Below are positions 47,829 through 61,256 of a DNA stretch of 64,000 bases, piece after piece; the stretch's first letter is position 1; each line of letters begins with the position of its first letter. Position numbers and translations under genes: made by a program. The DNA comes from Orbicella franksi (lineage: Eukaryota), in contig OZ116701.1 of the NCBI GenBank assembly GCA_964199315.1, forward strand, positions 19,158,001 through 19,222,000, read 5' to 3'. The notes below the pieces were generated by a model. It ran no database searches and had not been told where the DNA came from. It saw only the letters and a program-made list of their open reading frames with translations.

Positions 47829-50800
47829 TTACGAGATATTGCAAAGAGTTTTGCATTCATTGAGCTTCCACTGCCCTATATAATATTCAAAGACTTTGTT
47901 AATGACATTAACATAGAAATAACTTTGATAAACTGATTCTATAATATCTAATATTTTTAGATTTCGCCCTTGTCTCTTTGTTAAAACTAGCCTCTTGTCG
48001 TGTTGTTTGAACAACTTTTATTACCAAAAGCTAACAGATGCCAAAAATTTTATTCTTGATTTTATCAGGCCAAGGGTGACTCTAAACTGTGATGAAATTA
48101 GTTTTGATTTAGAAAGTTGGACTCAAGCAATATTTGAGTCAGAATTTGAACTAATTTGCCTTATTGCTAAATGTTACGTGACATGGGTAGGAAATAACAT
48201 TCCTTGATTGGCACCTGTCACTTCAAATGACTTGAAATTCCTGGTGTGACCTAAGATAGGTCCAATCTTTGTTTGTTTAAATACCAACAAAATTCAATGT
48301 ATTCTGAAAGCAGGAGCGATGTTTAGATTTGATGCTTATTGTAGTGACATTTTTGGGATTTTGGGCAAAAAACCAGGGGGGGGGGGGTGGTCTAACTCCT
48401 AAGGGAAAAATCACAAAGCCGGCCCACTTTATCGTTTAGAGTTGTTGGGTAGTACCTTCAATCTGGCAAAGTTTCATCCAAAAAGGAGAGATGGCATGTA
48501 TCACCCCTTCCTGGTCCTCTGGTAAACTCGGTCTTAAAGTGTTTTTCAAATTCCCCGCAAAAATAGTTTAAATACTGTTGCTGCACCAAAGCTAAACAAG
48601 CGCCAAAACAATTGTCGCCATGTCCTTAATTCCTTTTTTCTGGAAGGTTCACAGATCTATATTTTTGGTCAGGGATCGTTTATTCAACACCTGCAAAAAA
48701 AGTTAATGCGTACATCAATCGGCTCAGTTTGTGTTATTCAAATTCATGGTCTTCACAATGCGATAGCATCGTAGCTCGAAAAGCAAAAGAAATCACAGCC
48801 CAGACTCAACATGTACACTGACTTGCAACCAAACGCTTCCAACAAGCCGATAACGAATCACAATTTTTGCAAAGAAGGGAAGGCGTTAAAACTCAAAATT
48901 AATGTCTTTTTTGTCTCACCGGAAAGATGCTGTGCTGATAAATCACGTGATCGCTAAGCAAGTCAACCAAGTCACCTCGGTGTTCGATTGTGCTCACCGG
49001 TGCATGCGCGAGTCCAGGTGCGTTTCCTTCAACTACGAGGATCACGCTACATCGCTAAGACACGTGTGCCAGATCAATGACAAGAAAAAGCAAAAGAACT
49101 TTGAAAACTTCATTGGCCTGGATGGGTTCAGTTACTATGAGTTTGAGTTAAGTCGTCGAGGCGTCAAAATATGCAAACCCTTCTAAAGACGTTACTCTAC
49201 GGCAATGATGCTATAACATGCATTACAGTGTAGGCGAAAACGTAGCCTCTATAAATATGTCTCTCGTTTATGCATAACTCATATTGTATCACTCTTTTAA
49301 TAGCTCAGTGGACTTATATGGTAAAACTTAACAAATCTAGACCACTGTCAATGAAAATATGTCTTCAAGATTTGACCTTTCGAAAGTTTGCTTGTCCCTT
49401 TAAACTTCAAGCATTACTTCAAAGGCTTCCAAATCGGGAACACAAACCAGATGGAATTGGAATTTGTTGTGTTGGTTATTGCGCGGAGGACGAAAAAGGT
49501 GAGAATCCAAAAGAAAAACCTTCTGGCCAAGGATGAGAACCAACAAAAATCTCAAACCATGCACCGGTATGACGCCTTGCAGGTTAACGATTAGGACCCA
49601 AGCACCCACAGGGTAGGGGGCCGGCGAGTGCTCTCACCACTGCGTCACTCCTTGGTTCCCGACATACCTTGAACAAGCTTGCTGTTTAATTCAAACTATG
49701 TATTATCTAGGATCAGAACGGGAGACCCTCGTTCAAATATAACAACGCTGTTTTACTTCGAGCACACGAGAGCTCATCATTTCTCCTACCTCCAGTAAGG
49801 TCTACCTGGCATGTCTCAGCTGCATATATTTTGAGGAAGCACGAGAATTGACATTAAATTTCTGACGTTTGGGGTTATATCTTAGTAGCACATAATCTTT
49901 AAGTCTACATGTAAGAAAAAAGACAATCGACCGGTTACTGAATCTCTCTTATTTATCTTCATTCTCAGCAGCCTCTCGCATGCGGTGTTGGTTCATGTCA
50001 AAATGGCGACATTTGCGTGGAGCAATGTGACGGAAACCGCAAATGTATCTGTAAAGAGGGGTACACCGGAGCACACTGTGAAAACATTCTCAGTACAACA
50101 GAAACATTACGTAAGAGACACAGCAAAAACCTTTCATTTGTACTCATACTTTCAATGTACATCATATTTTACAGACAATAATTAAATTAACTAGTGTACT
50201 GGCTGCCTGGAACAGCCATGCACAGGGGCTGGTGGAGCCGACAACATGATGGTTTGTGAGTGGATTTAGGACAGGCGCATGTCAGTGACGAAGCCAGTCA
50301 ATATCGCGTTGCATGGTCAATAGAACCTGCACTCCGCAACATACAGCAGGTTAACATCGCTCGATCGTTAACTGTATTGACTCGGAGTCTTGTTAGTAGC
50401 AAGTGCTTTTTAAAACACGTTATATATCTGACAGACGTTACGTTTAATATTTTTTTACAGCTCTCCCTGTGAATGCCGTGTCTTCTTGTAAGGCACTCTA
50501 TGACAAATACGAGTAAGTTCACAGTTAAATTCCGTTTTGACAATTTATACGGAGTCGTTCACCTCTCGATTCACTTCTAACCGTACTTCAGTTCAAGATG
50601 CTAACGTGGCGCTTTGTTTAAAAGCACAGGTATCCAGACAGATTTCTGTGTCTCTTCTTATTTTATAAAAATTACTGTGTAGGAAGAGGGACAATTGTGC
50701 AAACGATTTTACCGAGAAATCCATCGCGCAACTGAAATCAGTTACAGCAGTCTATATTTCTCTCGCATTTTAATCACTTTTGGCCCTTATTATTTAATTT

Positions 50801-51931
50801 TCATTCAATGATACTATACTAGTTATTGCAAGGTATTTAAACTGTTTGGATTTCTTCTCGTACAAACCATTCACTACGCGTTGCACGTTTCGTTTCAGCA
50901 GCAAACGAAACTAACCAACCAAGTTGTGAACATGTGGAAACTCGAGTGGAAATACAGTGAAGTGAGCGAGATGATCAGTTTATTTCACTAGACTGGAAAA
51001 ATCCTCTGGCCGTACGGTAAAAATTTTCTGGAGTGGCGTGGCTTGTTGACTTTGCATAGATTAAAGGAGCTAGTTGTTAATTTTTGGCTGATGTCGTGGT
51101 GTTTTACCTCGGGTTTGTTTGGCACACATCAGGGTGCAGAGTCTCCTTCGATCTTCCTAAAACGTCAAAAGCACTATGGAAATCATGCTTGAAATCAATA
51201 ACCACAGCAAGCGTCCTAAGCGATGCAATATAAAACGTACTATGCAATAGAGTCTTGTGAGCTTTGGTGCTCTTTACGAAATTCTTCGCAATACATTCTG
51301 AGAGCTTTCTGAGTTCTCTTTCTTTCTTGTCTTGCACCAAATCGTCTCCCGGTGGGCGGATTTTTCCACTCCACAACATTTTCAACCCTCCCTCTTAACT
51401 AGATGCTGAATTTTTTAATAAATTTTTGCAGATCCACTTCCTCCATTTGGGTCTGCTCGACAACGTTACAATGGACGGTCCAAACGAAAATTACCGGTTG
51501 AATATACAGCGTTACCATGGAAACATCAGCGACTGTGCAGAAGAAGATTTATCGTGGCAGTGTTTCACGACTTAGGACTTTGATAACGACATAGCAGCTC
51601 GTCAAAACTGTACTGCAGAGGATTATGCGAGCCGAAGATACGATTGATACACATTTTTATGTGGAATACCAAGATTTATTGGCCTTTATAAAATAACTGA
51701 GATACTACGCACGCTCTGATTGGTCAATAGAGTTGCTAAACCTATGTTCTATTGTACCGGTAAACTACGGTTCCCGATTTATGGCAGCTCTATAGACGGG
51801 AACTGGAGAACTCGGAACTCTAGCGATAACAAATGTAATAAACAGTTAAGCCTTTCACTGGTTTAGATATCAATAACACGAATATCATTTCATTCAACAT
51901 ATACATGGAAATTTGCAAGGAAAAACAGGAC

Positions 51932-52176
51932 CTGGGCCGGGTTGTTCGAAAGCCGGTTAACGCTAACCCGTGATTAAAAGTTAACCGAAGTATTTATTTT
52001 TCTTGCATAAAAATGTTTTTTACTGCTTACGTTTTGTGTAGTTTGAGCTTAGCCAAACTCAAAACTGAAGCACATACAGTATAAACATAAAACCTCACCG
52101 AAAAGTTACAAAACTCAAATCAAAATTCTCGTTAATCCTGGGTTAGCTTAATCGGGCTTTGAACAACCCGGCCCAG
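51932..52176. mobile_element. ~245-bp MITE (PIF/Harbinger-like)
   Basis: TIR ctgggccgggttgttc / gaacaacccggcccag. Confidence 0.75.
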
Positions 52177-52972
52177 AAGTTGGTCGTCATATAAAGCTTT
52201 TTATTTTTTTCCTCGGCAAAACTTTTACGCCGACTCCGGTTACGCTTGAGATCAAGAAAGTTTTAAACACTTATTTCGGTGCTTTCCACGGTCTGTGCAG
52301 GACGAAGTCAGCGGGGCTTAACTGATCAAATTTGGTTTGTCAAAAGAGCAGGGAAAAAATTTATTTCTATCCGACATTTTGAGTTTAAACTCAATGCATG
52401 CATGCATGCATAATACGATAAATGAATTTCGCTTCCATAAGCTTAGCTTTCAAGCAATAGTTTTCATTTAGCAAAATGGAAAGAGAAACTCGGACTTCAT
52501 AGCCTTCAGCAAAAGTAAATAAATTCTAAATTTTGGAAGCAGCGTTTCTGTTACTAACCTTTATTCCATCCACAAAACTTTGGAAAGTTATTGCTAAACA
52601 CTACGTTGAATCGCTTCGCCAAGCACATGAAGTTTGAACTACTTGCACACTTTTTGTACAGCCTTTTACTTTCGTGATGACCGATTCCACTGCATTTCCT
52701 CGTCAGAATACTTTTGAGTTAATTAATATGCTTTTTGCCTTTCACCGATAACCTATTCCTTTCCTTTCTTAAACTAAGCGTGAAATGTTTTCATCGCTTT
52801 GCTCTGCGGATTTCGTGTCCGGCGCGGAGTCTGTGTTTTCATTCTTTCAGTCGCTGTGATTGGTTCGTCGCGTCATCTCATGAATTTGATGAGAATAAGC
52901 AACTTGATCACGAAGGTACAATAAATTTTCCTCACATGACCAGACTTTTTCCATAGTTATTTCGTAAAAGCG

Positions 52973-53150
52973 ATAGACAACTCTTTCTATGGGTTTACCG
53001 GCGCAATAAACCACTTGGGATGTTGGGAGAACACGAGAAAAGCTTGTAAATTACTCGCCCAACGGCTCGTGATTTACAAGCTTTTCTCGTGTTCTCCCAA
53101 CATCCTGCGTGGTTTATTGCGCCAGTAAACCCATAGAAAGAGTGATCTAT
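52973..53150. repeat. ~180-bp palindromic (fold-back) MITE
   Basis: ctctttctatgggtttac..gggagaacacgagaaaagcttgtaaat / atttacaagcttttctcgtgttctccc..gtaaacccatagaaagag. Confidence 0.8.
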
Positions 53151-53827
53151 TGCTCAAAAATTAATTTTAGTGAATGATGGCTAAGTACTGTTATCAAGGT
53201 TTGAAACTAAATTCCTTCAGTTGGGTACTTCATAAAATCCTTTCAACCCCGTCTTAACTAAAATCTCTAAAAAAGATGGCACATATTGAATCATCATTTT
53301 TGTGTGTGAGAATAATATTCCCAAAATTTCATTTGCTCTCCTTTACCGCACGTTAACTGTCTCCAAACCCCTACAGTACAGTCTATACATACTTTTTACA
53401 ATTGCAGCCGTGTCTACTGCTTGATTATGATATTAAAAAAAAAAAAAAACGGTCAGAACTTGACACTTTTGAGTAGTCGCAGAGCGGATGGTAAAACAGT
53501 ACGACGTTAAATGGACAGAGGAATAAAATTATGTATGGACAAATTACTTCAAATGATCCAAATTACATTTGGTTAACTGTGTGCTGATCACTAATTAATA
53601 CATACAGCTGCTATGTCGCCCGTGCTTGGCCGTGCTTGAAATCAAATGGTTTAAGATTCGTGATTTCCTCTATACAGAAAACTACGGAATGAAATGACTG
53701 AATGAAAAAAAAAACTTCTTCCTCCCTGACTGCCAAAAATATGTATGTAACTGCATAAAACAATCTAACTGACTGGAGAAACAAGATCAAGTTTGTGTAT
53801 CGCTATAACAACACGTGAACTCCACGT

Positions 53828-56800
53828 CTACGAAACAACACATCCAGATGAATTGTTAGCCGGTTTAACAGGGCTGGTATCTTCAGGCTCGGACACAGGT
53901 TTCACATCCCCTGACTGACCAGCCTGGGGTGCCTGTGGAAACAGTTGATAAGGAGCAATAATCACTCTTTGGTCTTTACCAGTTCTCTGTTACACCCGAT
54001 TTCAGGGCTATTTTGTAGTCACATGTTTACTACATTTTTCGCTTTACATCTAGTCTTAGATTAAACTGTAAGGTCGTAATATAAATGGGCGGGAAAAAAA
54101 AGGCATTCGGTTCATAAATTACGGGAAGCACATTGCACTTCTCATTCAACTACTGACAAGAGGTATTAAAAGAAAATTCCAGGAAAAAAAAACAATTGCT
54201 GTTAGTGAGGCCAAAGATTTGGCGAAGAAGTAAACTTTGCAGGCTAATAAACCATTAGACTAAGAGATGGTGATTTCGGCGAGGCGATGGCTGATGAGGT
54301 CGAAGAGAAAATGTTCCATTTTGCAGCCATTTTCGCACGCTCGTCAGTTCATTCAACTATTTTTACATTTTAATTTTAAGCCGTGTTCCGGTGAATTTCC
54401 TTCATTAAGTCTTGTAGGGAATTGAATTATCCAATAACATTTACAACTTTTCCTCCGAAACTTCGCAAACTGAAGAGACAACGGCGCCACTTTGTAGACG
54501 ACCTCCAGCCACTACACCAAATGATTGACAGTGTACGATAGCTCAGCCAACCAGACTGCCGCATTACGTTGATATTAGTAGAATTTTATTAACCACAACT
54601 GCAGTAAACCTGACTTTACCTTTGGCGGGTTAGCCTTTGAAGCATCAAATCCAGCGTAAGTATCCGCTGACCACATGGCGTGAGGAGCCGGCATTGAAAA
54701 TTCCTGCGGACTTGCTAGGCCATGGGTGGCCTTAAGTTCGAGCTCAGGGGGTTCCGCAGGGATCTTATGGAAGTAACTGGACAGAGAAAAAAACACAAGT
54801 TAGTCTACAAGATTAGAAAAAGAGACTAAAAAAGTGTTGCCATTTAAAAGTTAGACTACCAAGCTATCTTTTCTGTAAAGAAATAATTAATAGGGCGACT
54901 TTTCTACAACTTGAAAAAGCAAGAGCAAGACAACTTGAGTAATTATGTTAGTGGTCCTTTCGCACACAAAATATCAATTGCCAGTACTAGCTCACGTATC
55001 ACGCATCGGGTGTCGCGTACTAGATCACGTATCTTAACGCCAAGTAACAGTAAACAAAAATGTCAAGAATGTTCAAGGAAAATCCAGACGTTTGGGCTTA
55101 GTCCGACAAAACTATTCTCCTCGGATACACGGAAGAAGGGCAAAGCCAGAATCGTCTGGATCTTTTGTGAAGATATTTGACATTGTTCATTAATGATTAC
55201 CATTAACGAGATTTGTGCAGAGATTATATACCATCAGGAATATCTCTCCGTCTTGTAAAGCAAAAGTAATGAAATATTAACATAACTGAACAAACAAAAA
55301 GTCTTTCCTCGCGCGTTTGATCTTCTCCAAAGAAACACGAATCTTGAGATTGAACCCAAAACATTCATATCGGTGACGTAACTCTTAAGAAATTTGTTGC
55401 ATGGCTCTGATTGGTTATTTGCTTCGCGCGAAAATTCGTGCGCTTGCAGCAGCCAATCACAGACACGCAGGGCTCTCAGCAGAGCATCGTCATCTCTGGA
55501 CACAGACTCACAGACACACAGACTCTTTCAGGCCCGAATTTTAGACTTCTGTCTTGTGGGTAGGCTCGATTACCAGCCGCTGTACGAGAAAGGAGCCCAT
55601 AATAGACCAATTTCGATATATTAAAATTCAGCCTAACAAAATAGACCTCAGCATGAGGCTCTGGGGAATAAACCCCACAAACTCTGCAGTTACTGAGGTC
55701 TATTGTTTTAGGCTGAATTTTAGGGTGCGTTCCTTTGGGGCGATCTGGATCAGGATCAGCGAGTCAAGATCTGTCTAGACCATGATGCATCAAAGGAACC
55801 GATGAATCCATGACCAGAGTGGATTCATCGGTTCCTTTGATGCACCATAATCCAGACAGATCTTGGATCACTGATCCTGATCCAGATCACCCCAAAGGAA
55901 CGCACCCTTAATATATCGAAATTGGTCTATTGCAAAGGCTAGCATCTGTAAACTTATGTCCTTACATGAATCCGTTCTCATGGTTAGCTTTCTCCAACTT
56001 TTTTTTAATTATAGGTCCAAGTTTTAGAAAGAAAGGGTGCTGCCATGGTCGGGCAGTCGTGCCAGGCCCTCTAGTACTGGAGTACTCCCGGGAAATAGCT
56101 TCTGCCTTCTTATACACTGCAAATGAAAGGAAAAAATACAAAAATATGCAAATTACGGCAAAAAAAATCATAATGCAACTAAATTATTCACTCGTTCGAT
56201 TGTTCCTTCTTTTGTTCGTTCATTTAGTCAATCATTCCGTCCGTCAATCCATCCATCCGCCGGTAAGTCAGTCAGTCAATCAGTCAGGTATTCAGCCAGT
56301 CAGTCTGTCAATCAGTCGGTCAGTCAGTCAGTCAGTCAGTCTGTCAGTCAAGTCAATCACTTCATGGGTTTACTTTCTGCACTTAAGTTAATACTCTAAT
56401 TTCCAGCCTGTGTAATATTAGTAGTGCTTGGCTACATATTGCATTCCATTAGTATATGGTGCATAGCAACTAATATTGCACTACAATTGTGCCAGTCATT
56501 CAGTCGGTCTATCTGTTGATCCGTAATTTATCTACACAGTTTGTTAAAGGGTTTCTGATAATAGCCATCAAGATACTGAAATGTTTACATTTATCGCTTT
56601 CTTGTAATGCTCGGATTGCTTTTCCACATTGATCCTCATCAAGAAGAGTTTCTCCACAAAAACAATATGCCTACAGCAAACAACATAGACTTCAATTAAA
56701 AACACCACGCGTACAATAAAACATGTATGTATACAGTATGAAGCAAAACGTCTTAATGATTTGGCGTGGGGGTAGATTTAGGGGGGTGGATTGAATGGCT

Positions 56801-59800
56801 AACCACACCCTCCTTGGAGGAGCAAAAACTAAAAAAACGATTGAAAAAAGTTGTGAATATTATGGAAGAAATAAAGGCAAACACTCTAGACAGGTACCCT
56901 ACCACAATTTCTACTTTGTGCCATTGCTAGTACTTCCCGCGTAACAGTTTTCAATCAGGTTCCATTGATTTTGCAAGATCAAAAACTTTAAAGACATGTA
57001 TGAAGCTTAACTGGAATTTCCATAGGGGTGGGTGGTATGGATATGTTATGTAACTACACAATAAATCATAAAATAATGATAAGCAGATGCTAATTATAGG
57101 ACTCACATAGGACTGATAAAATGCAGCCTTCAAGTCCAAGTATTTTTTCCATTTCCCAGCTTTTGCTGGCTCCACTGACTTCAAAGAATCACCTGAATAA
57201 AATTACAGCACAAGACATTTAGAAAAACACATATCAAAACTTACAAACATACCAATCCATTTGCAAGCATTTGTCATATTTTTACACCAGGTGACAATTC
57301 TGTTTTGTTTTGGTTTTTAAAATACCTATCACCCAGCATGTACCTTCAGTTATCATTGCTTTTAATACATGTACATGTAATAACTTTAAATTTGATCTGG
57401 CTATGTCAAGTTCAGTTCACAAACCTACCACAAAAAAGTGACAAATTTAGTGAGACTGCCATCTTTGTTAGCCATATGTGGATTGTCACCAAAGATTGCA
57501 TTGCGCACAATCATACATGTGACAATAGTCAGAGTGGTTTTCATTTGACTGAATGTTAAAAAGTAATTAAGTTTTCATCAATAATGCAACACAACTGGGT
57601 GAAAAATTCTGTGCTACTTTTTCATCCAATGAGAAGTAAAAGCAAAACAAGTTGTGACGCATTCACATAGGTTTTTCCACATTTCGCATTGATAGCTACA
57701 GGTGATTTCTTCAAGTTTTGATTGGTTCACTGTATTCTCAGTGTCGTTTTTGATTGCCCAGAGTAATGACTTGGTTTTGGTTTTAAGACACTCACTGAAA
57801 ATCACTCTGTAGATACAGTTTGTCATATACTATGTACTACTTTAACTACTGTAGTTGTGGTAGCTATATTGTAATGTTCAATAATTTTATTATTGAATTA
57901 CAAAACATACTTGCAGCAGTAAAGAGTTTTGATGTCTCATAGGTGAGTGCAGAGATCAGTGATGCTTTATGTTTGAGCTCTACTGCTCGAGCCACAGTAA
58001 CTAAAAAATAGAACAAAGAGATCATCAATTCACAGTTGTAAGCTACTAATAACAATCACCTGATATACAGTTTCTAATCATCATTACTGTTTTTAAAACC
58101 AATCAAAACTGATCCTGCCAAGAATGGCTGATTCTTTCAAGTTAGGCACAGTAAAGAGAAGACACTTGAGGTATACCAATTGATGAATGCAAAGTTGGAG
58201 TAAAGAAAAGCATTCGGCTTATGATTGAAGATATCAATGTTGTGATTTGGATCAGCTACATGTGCTGTATTAAAAGAATTACTCTGTTTTAACCTTCCTG
58301 AGCTTCAGCCACACACTGCATCTGGTATGCCTCCAACACTCGTTGATCAGTATCAGCACCCTTTTCAGCTGATAATTCACCAAGACGGGGCATCAGACTC
58401 TCCTTCAAAACAAAATAAACAGAATGAAAATGAAATAAAGATTAAACTAATGTTTATCATTGGTGGAAATTCCATCAAATAAATCATAGTATGACTAAGA
58501 ATGTTGCCAAGCTTTAACAGCCATGTAACATTATCTGCAAGTTTTTAAGATTCACCAATAAGTCTCAATCATCAATGACACTGGACGTGTGTGTACATGG
58601 AGAAAGGCCAGGCAGGGCTGGCAGAGTACATTTTTCTTAGCAGGACAATACTGATCGTCGACCACTGTGCCTTTAAATGCCGCAATTTATCTTCATTGAA
58701 CCCTGGGACACATTGTTTGAAAGTATTGGCTCCTGTGGGCCCTTAGACTACGAGTAGTCCCTCTTTCGCTTAGTCCGTCGTGCGTGACGCTAAAGAAAAC
58801 CGCTAGAAAAAAATGGCCGCGCGAAATCTTGGAGGCGAGGAGCGTGCGAAACGAGGGACTACCGCCTAAGCCCAAGAGTTTGAATTACTGTATGCGTTGC
58901 TCTCACAATGCAAAAATATGATTGGCTCATGTTAGTAGCCTTGATAACGTGTTGTCAACATTCAAGATACGTGTGATGTCTTGTAGGAATGTTTTGGAAC
59001 CAGAGCAAATCGAAGCGGTACCAGAGCAAATCGAAGAATCGCACTTTACAAGCCGTGATGTTCTTGCGAATGTGGCAACAGGCTTTGAAAAGATTTAAAT
59101 TTATTCAGTGTTTTGTTTGGCAAAGCTTTCCGCCTCCAACGCGACTGCGAGCGTGTTAGTGATTTCGCCACTCAACAGCATCGTCCAAGTCAGTGAATAT
59201 AAGTTCACTAAGCTTGGCCTTTCTGCCGTCCTTTTGAAAGATTGAACCGGACTTTCACTTGAAACCGGACATTCACCTTAAACTTTCCGCTGTTATCGGC
59301 AAACATTTCACCGCAGTTGGATGATTTCCTATGTCAAATACATAATGTAAATTCTCGGTTGAAACTCTGCATTTGAAATTTTCGCAATAACTTTTAGATT
59401 TACACCTACAGACGTAGCAAAAATCGTTACAAGATGCCTCATTCGCCGTCTTCTTTTTAAAACCTCTTTGGCCGTTTCGCTGAACGAACACTGAACGAAG
59501 ATATACTTCTCATGGCATATGTTTTTGCCTGGCTACTTGAAGAGTAGAGTTGAGCATTTTTATTCAGGATATCTCCTGGGGTTATTGACGACAGGCGATA
59601 ATGAGAGGACGTCAAGATGGGAGATCCTACACCGAAAAATCACTCGGCCGCGAAAGGGCAAACTCTTGGGCTTAGGAGGTAGTCCCTCCTTTCGCGCGCT
59701 CCTGGTCCCCAGGATTTCGCGCAGCCATTTTTTTCTCGCGGTTTTCTTTCGCGTCACGCACGACGGACTAAGCGAAGGAGGGACTACACGTAGTCTAGTG

Positions 59801-61256
59801 GGCCCTTCAATTACCCACTGGATAAAAAAAAATGATGAAGATTTTAATTTTTTGTGTAGAAAAGTGTACATAATTGTTACAACTTTTCTATGGAGTTTGA
59901 GACTAATCAGAGTTCTGGTTGTGCTTTGACCAACTAGGCACAGAGGAATTTATTCAATGAACAAGTTTCAAGGACATTTTTGGTGTATTGTCATTACTGC
60001 AATCCAAACTGCTAAACTGTGGTTAATACCTGTATATTAAATATTTATAAGTTCACTTTTCATAAATTAATTAATAATTTATGGTGATCTAGGAGATTTA
60101 ATTTATTTAATACCTTGACAAATTTGAAAATCCCTGCAGCAGTTCTTAAGCTGGTGTGGACTTCCTTAGCTTCATCCATGCTAACCCTGGGGAAGATATA
60201 GAGTAATGTGAGAGGTAACTACCTACATAAACATTTCTTTTTTCAGCTTCTTGCCCACTTTGGATATTAAGTTGATAATTTCCAAACTGTACATGGTTGT
60301 GTGTACTGTACACGATGCGGTTCAAACATACTATCTAGTCAGTTACTTTAATTTTGTCTGTTAGTTGTTTTTTTTTTTTTAGTTCTCTCTGCCTCACACT
60401 TATACCAAAAATGATATCCATAAAGAGTGGGAAGTAAACTGGATTGAAAAGTAACCACAAAATATCACTTTTATGGAGAGTTCATCAAGATAAATGCATC
60501 AGATACTGAATAATTTTTTCACCCTACTAGTGTGGAAAAATAATACTTTTTATTGTGACTATTGTTTGAATTTTATATTAACTATATATCCCAAGCATTC
60601 TTGACTGAATACTGTTGAAATGTAATGGCAGCATTTTATTATTGTTTTAAATTAAGGGACATTTATACTTTCTATTCATGTAGTTCAGCAGTTTCAAACA
60701 GGTGCCACATTTTTAAAACATGCCTTATTCAAAGTAGAGCTATTTTCACGTTTGGTTCAAAACTCAATTTAACAGGTAGAAAATCTTCTTTTAACCATTG
60801 AAGGAACAACATTAAATTATAATTGCAACACGGCTAAACAAACTGCTATGATATATCTATAGCTGAAAAAAAGAATTGGGACTTTTGAGTGAATATTATT
60901 TTTTTTAGAGCGCTGGCAATATGTGCTATTTTTCCAGTTTCGGCAGGCATGCAGCTTGTATCAAGCAGACTGAACTTCAATCAATCCTAGAAAACCTCAA
61001 TTAGAATTTTTAATCAAATAAAACTCATTTTAGTTATTGACTAGGCAAGGGCTTCAAAATCCCAGCTTAAGAGTAAAATCAAATTTTCGAAGTAAAATCA
61101 GTGGTCAGTTTTTACAGATACAGCCTCTTAAAATGGCATCTGGTAAACCACAACACTTACTCTCCTTTCGCTGCCAGTTTAGCAGCATACTTTGTATACC
61201 AGATAGCAACATTCATACAGATGGATGTGAGCTCAAACACACCATCAGCGGCACAC
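53828..61256 (-). CDS. BROX: BRO1 domain- and CAAX-containing protein, last nine exons: 61256-61161, 60186-60114, 58401-58294, 57999-57911, 57192-57107, 56670-56589, 56116-55966, 54776-54620, 53932-53828
   Basis: The joined exons give VFELTSICMNVAIWYTKYA, EAKEVHTSLRTAAGIF, EAQEVTVARAVELKH, GKWKKYLDLK, AYCFCGETLL, ENGFIYFHKIP and the terminal CAAX box CVVS*, colinear with vertebrate BROX as I recall it. The 5' exons lie beyond the window. Confidence 0.92.
55601..55931. mobile_element. Palindromic MITE containing a nested hairpin MITE (55723-55907, TTA TSD, Harbinger-like)
   Basis: Outer aatagaccaatttcgatata / tatatcgaaattggtctatt. Inner tta-gggtgcgttcctttgggg / ccccaaaggaacgcaccc-tta. Confidence 0.85.
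58744..59797. mobile_element. 1,054-bp Mutator-like non-autonomous element, 9-bp TSD GTGGGCCCT, in a BROX intron
   Basis: gtgggccct at 58735-58743 and 59798-59806. TIRs tagactacgagtagtccct..gcgtgacgc / gcgtcacgc..agggactacacgtagtcta. Confidence 0.92.

Larger units (their letters stand above)
41540..48533 (-). mobile_element. 7.0-kb long-TIR DNA transposon with TTAA TSD, Sola3-like, internally deleted
   Basis: TTAA-gaccgagtt ... aactcggtc-TTAA. The inverted arms are near-identical for about 1.4 kb and decay to about 1.6 kb. Internal transposase remnants are present (next feature). Confidence 0.8.
3978..50512 (+). repeat. Tandem segmental repeat of the USOMP5-like gene unit (unit starts near 3978, 13400 and 39475; roughly 9.5 kb without insertions)
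   Basis: The upstream block gatgactggtttt...gtcaactg...gaaagcgacag, the exons and most intron sequence recur colinearly in each unit. Confidence 0.9.
40338..50512 (+). pseudogene. USOMP5-like copy 4 pseudogene; exons 40338-40455, 48927-49147, 49969-50110, 50461-50512; last two exons absent
   Basis: CGA>TGA at 40404-40406 in the signal exon. The exon-2 donor is GT>TT at 49148. Homology to intron 4 ends near 51060, before exon 5. Confidence 0.85.
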
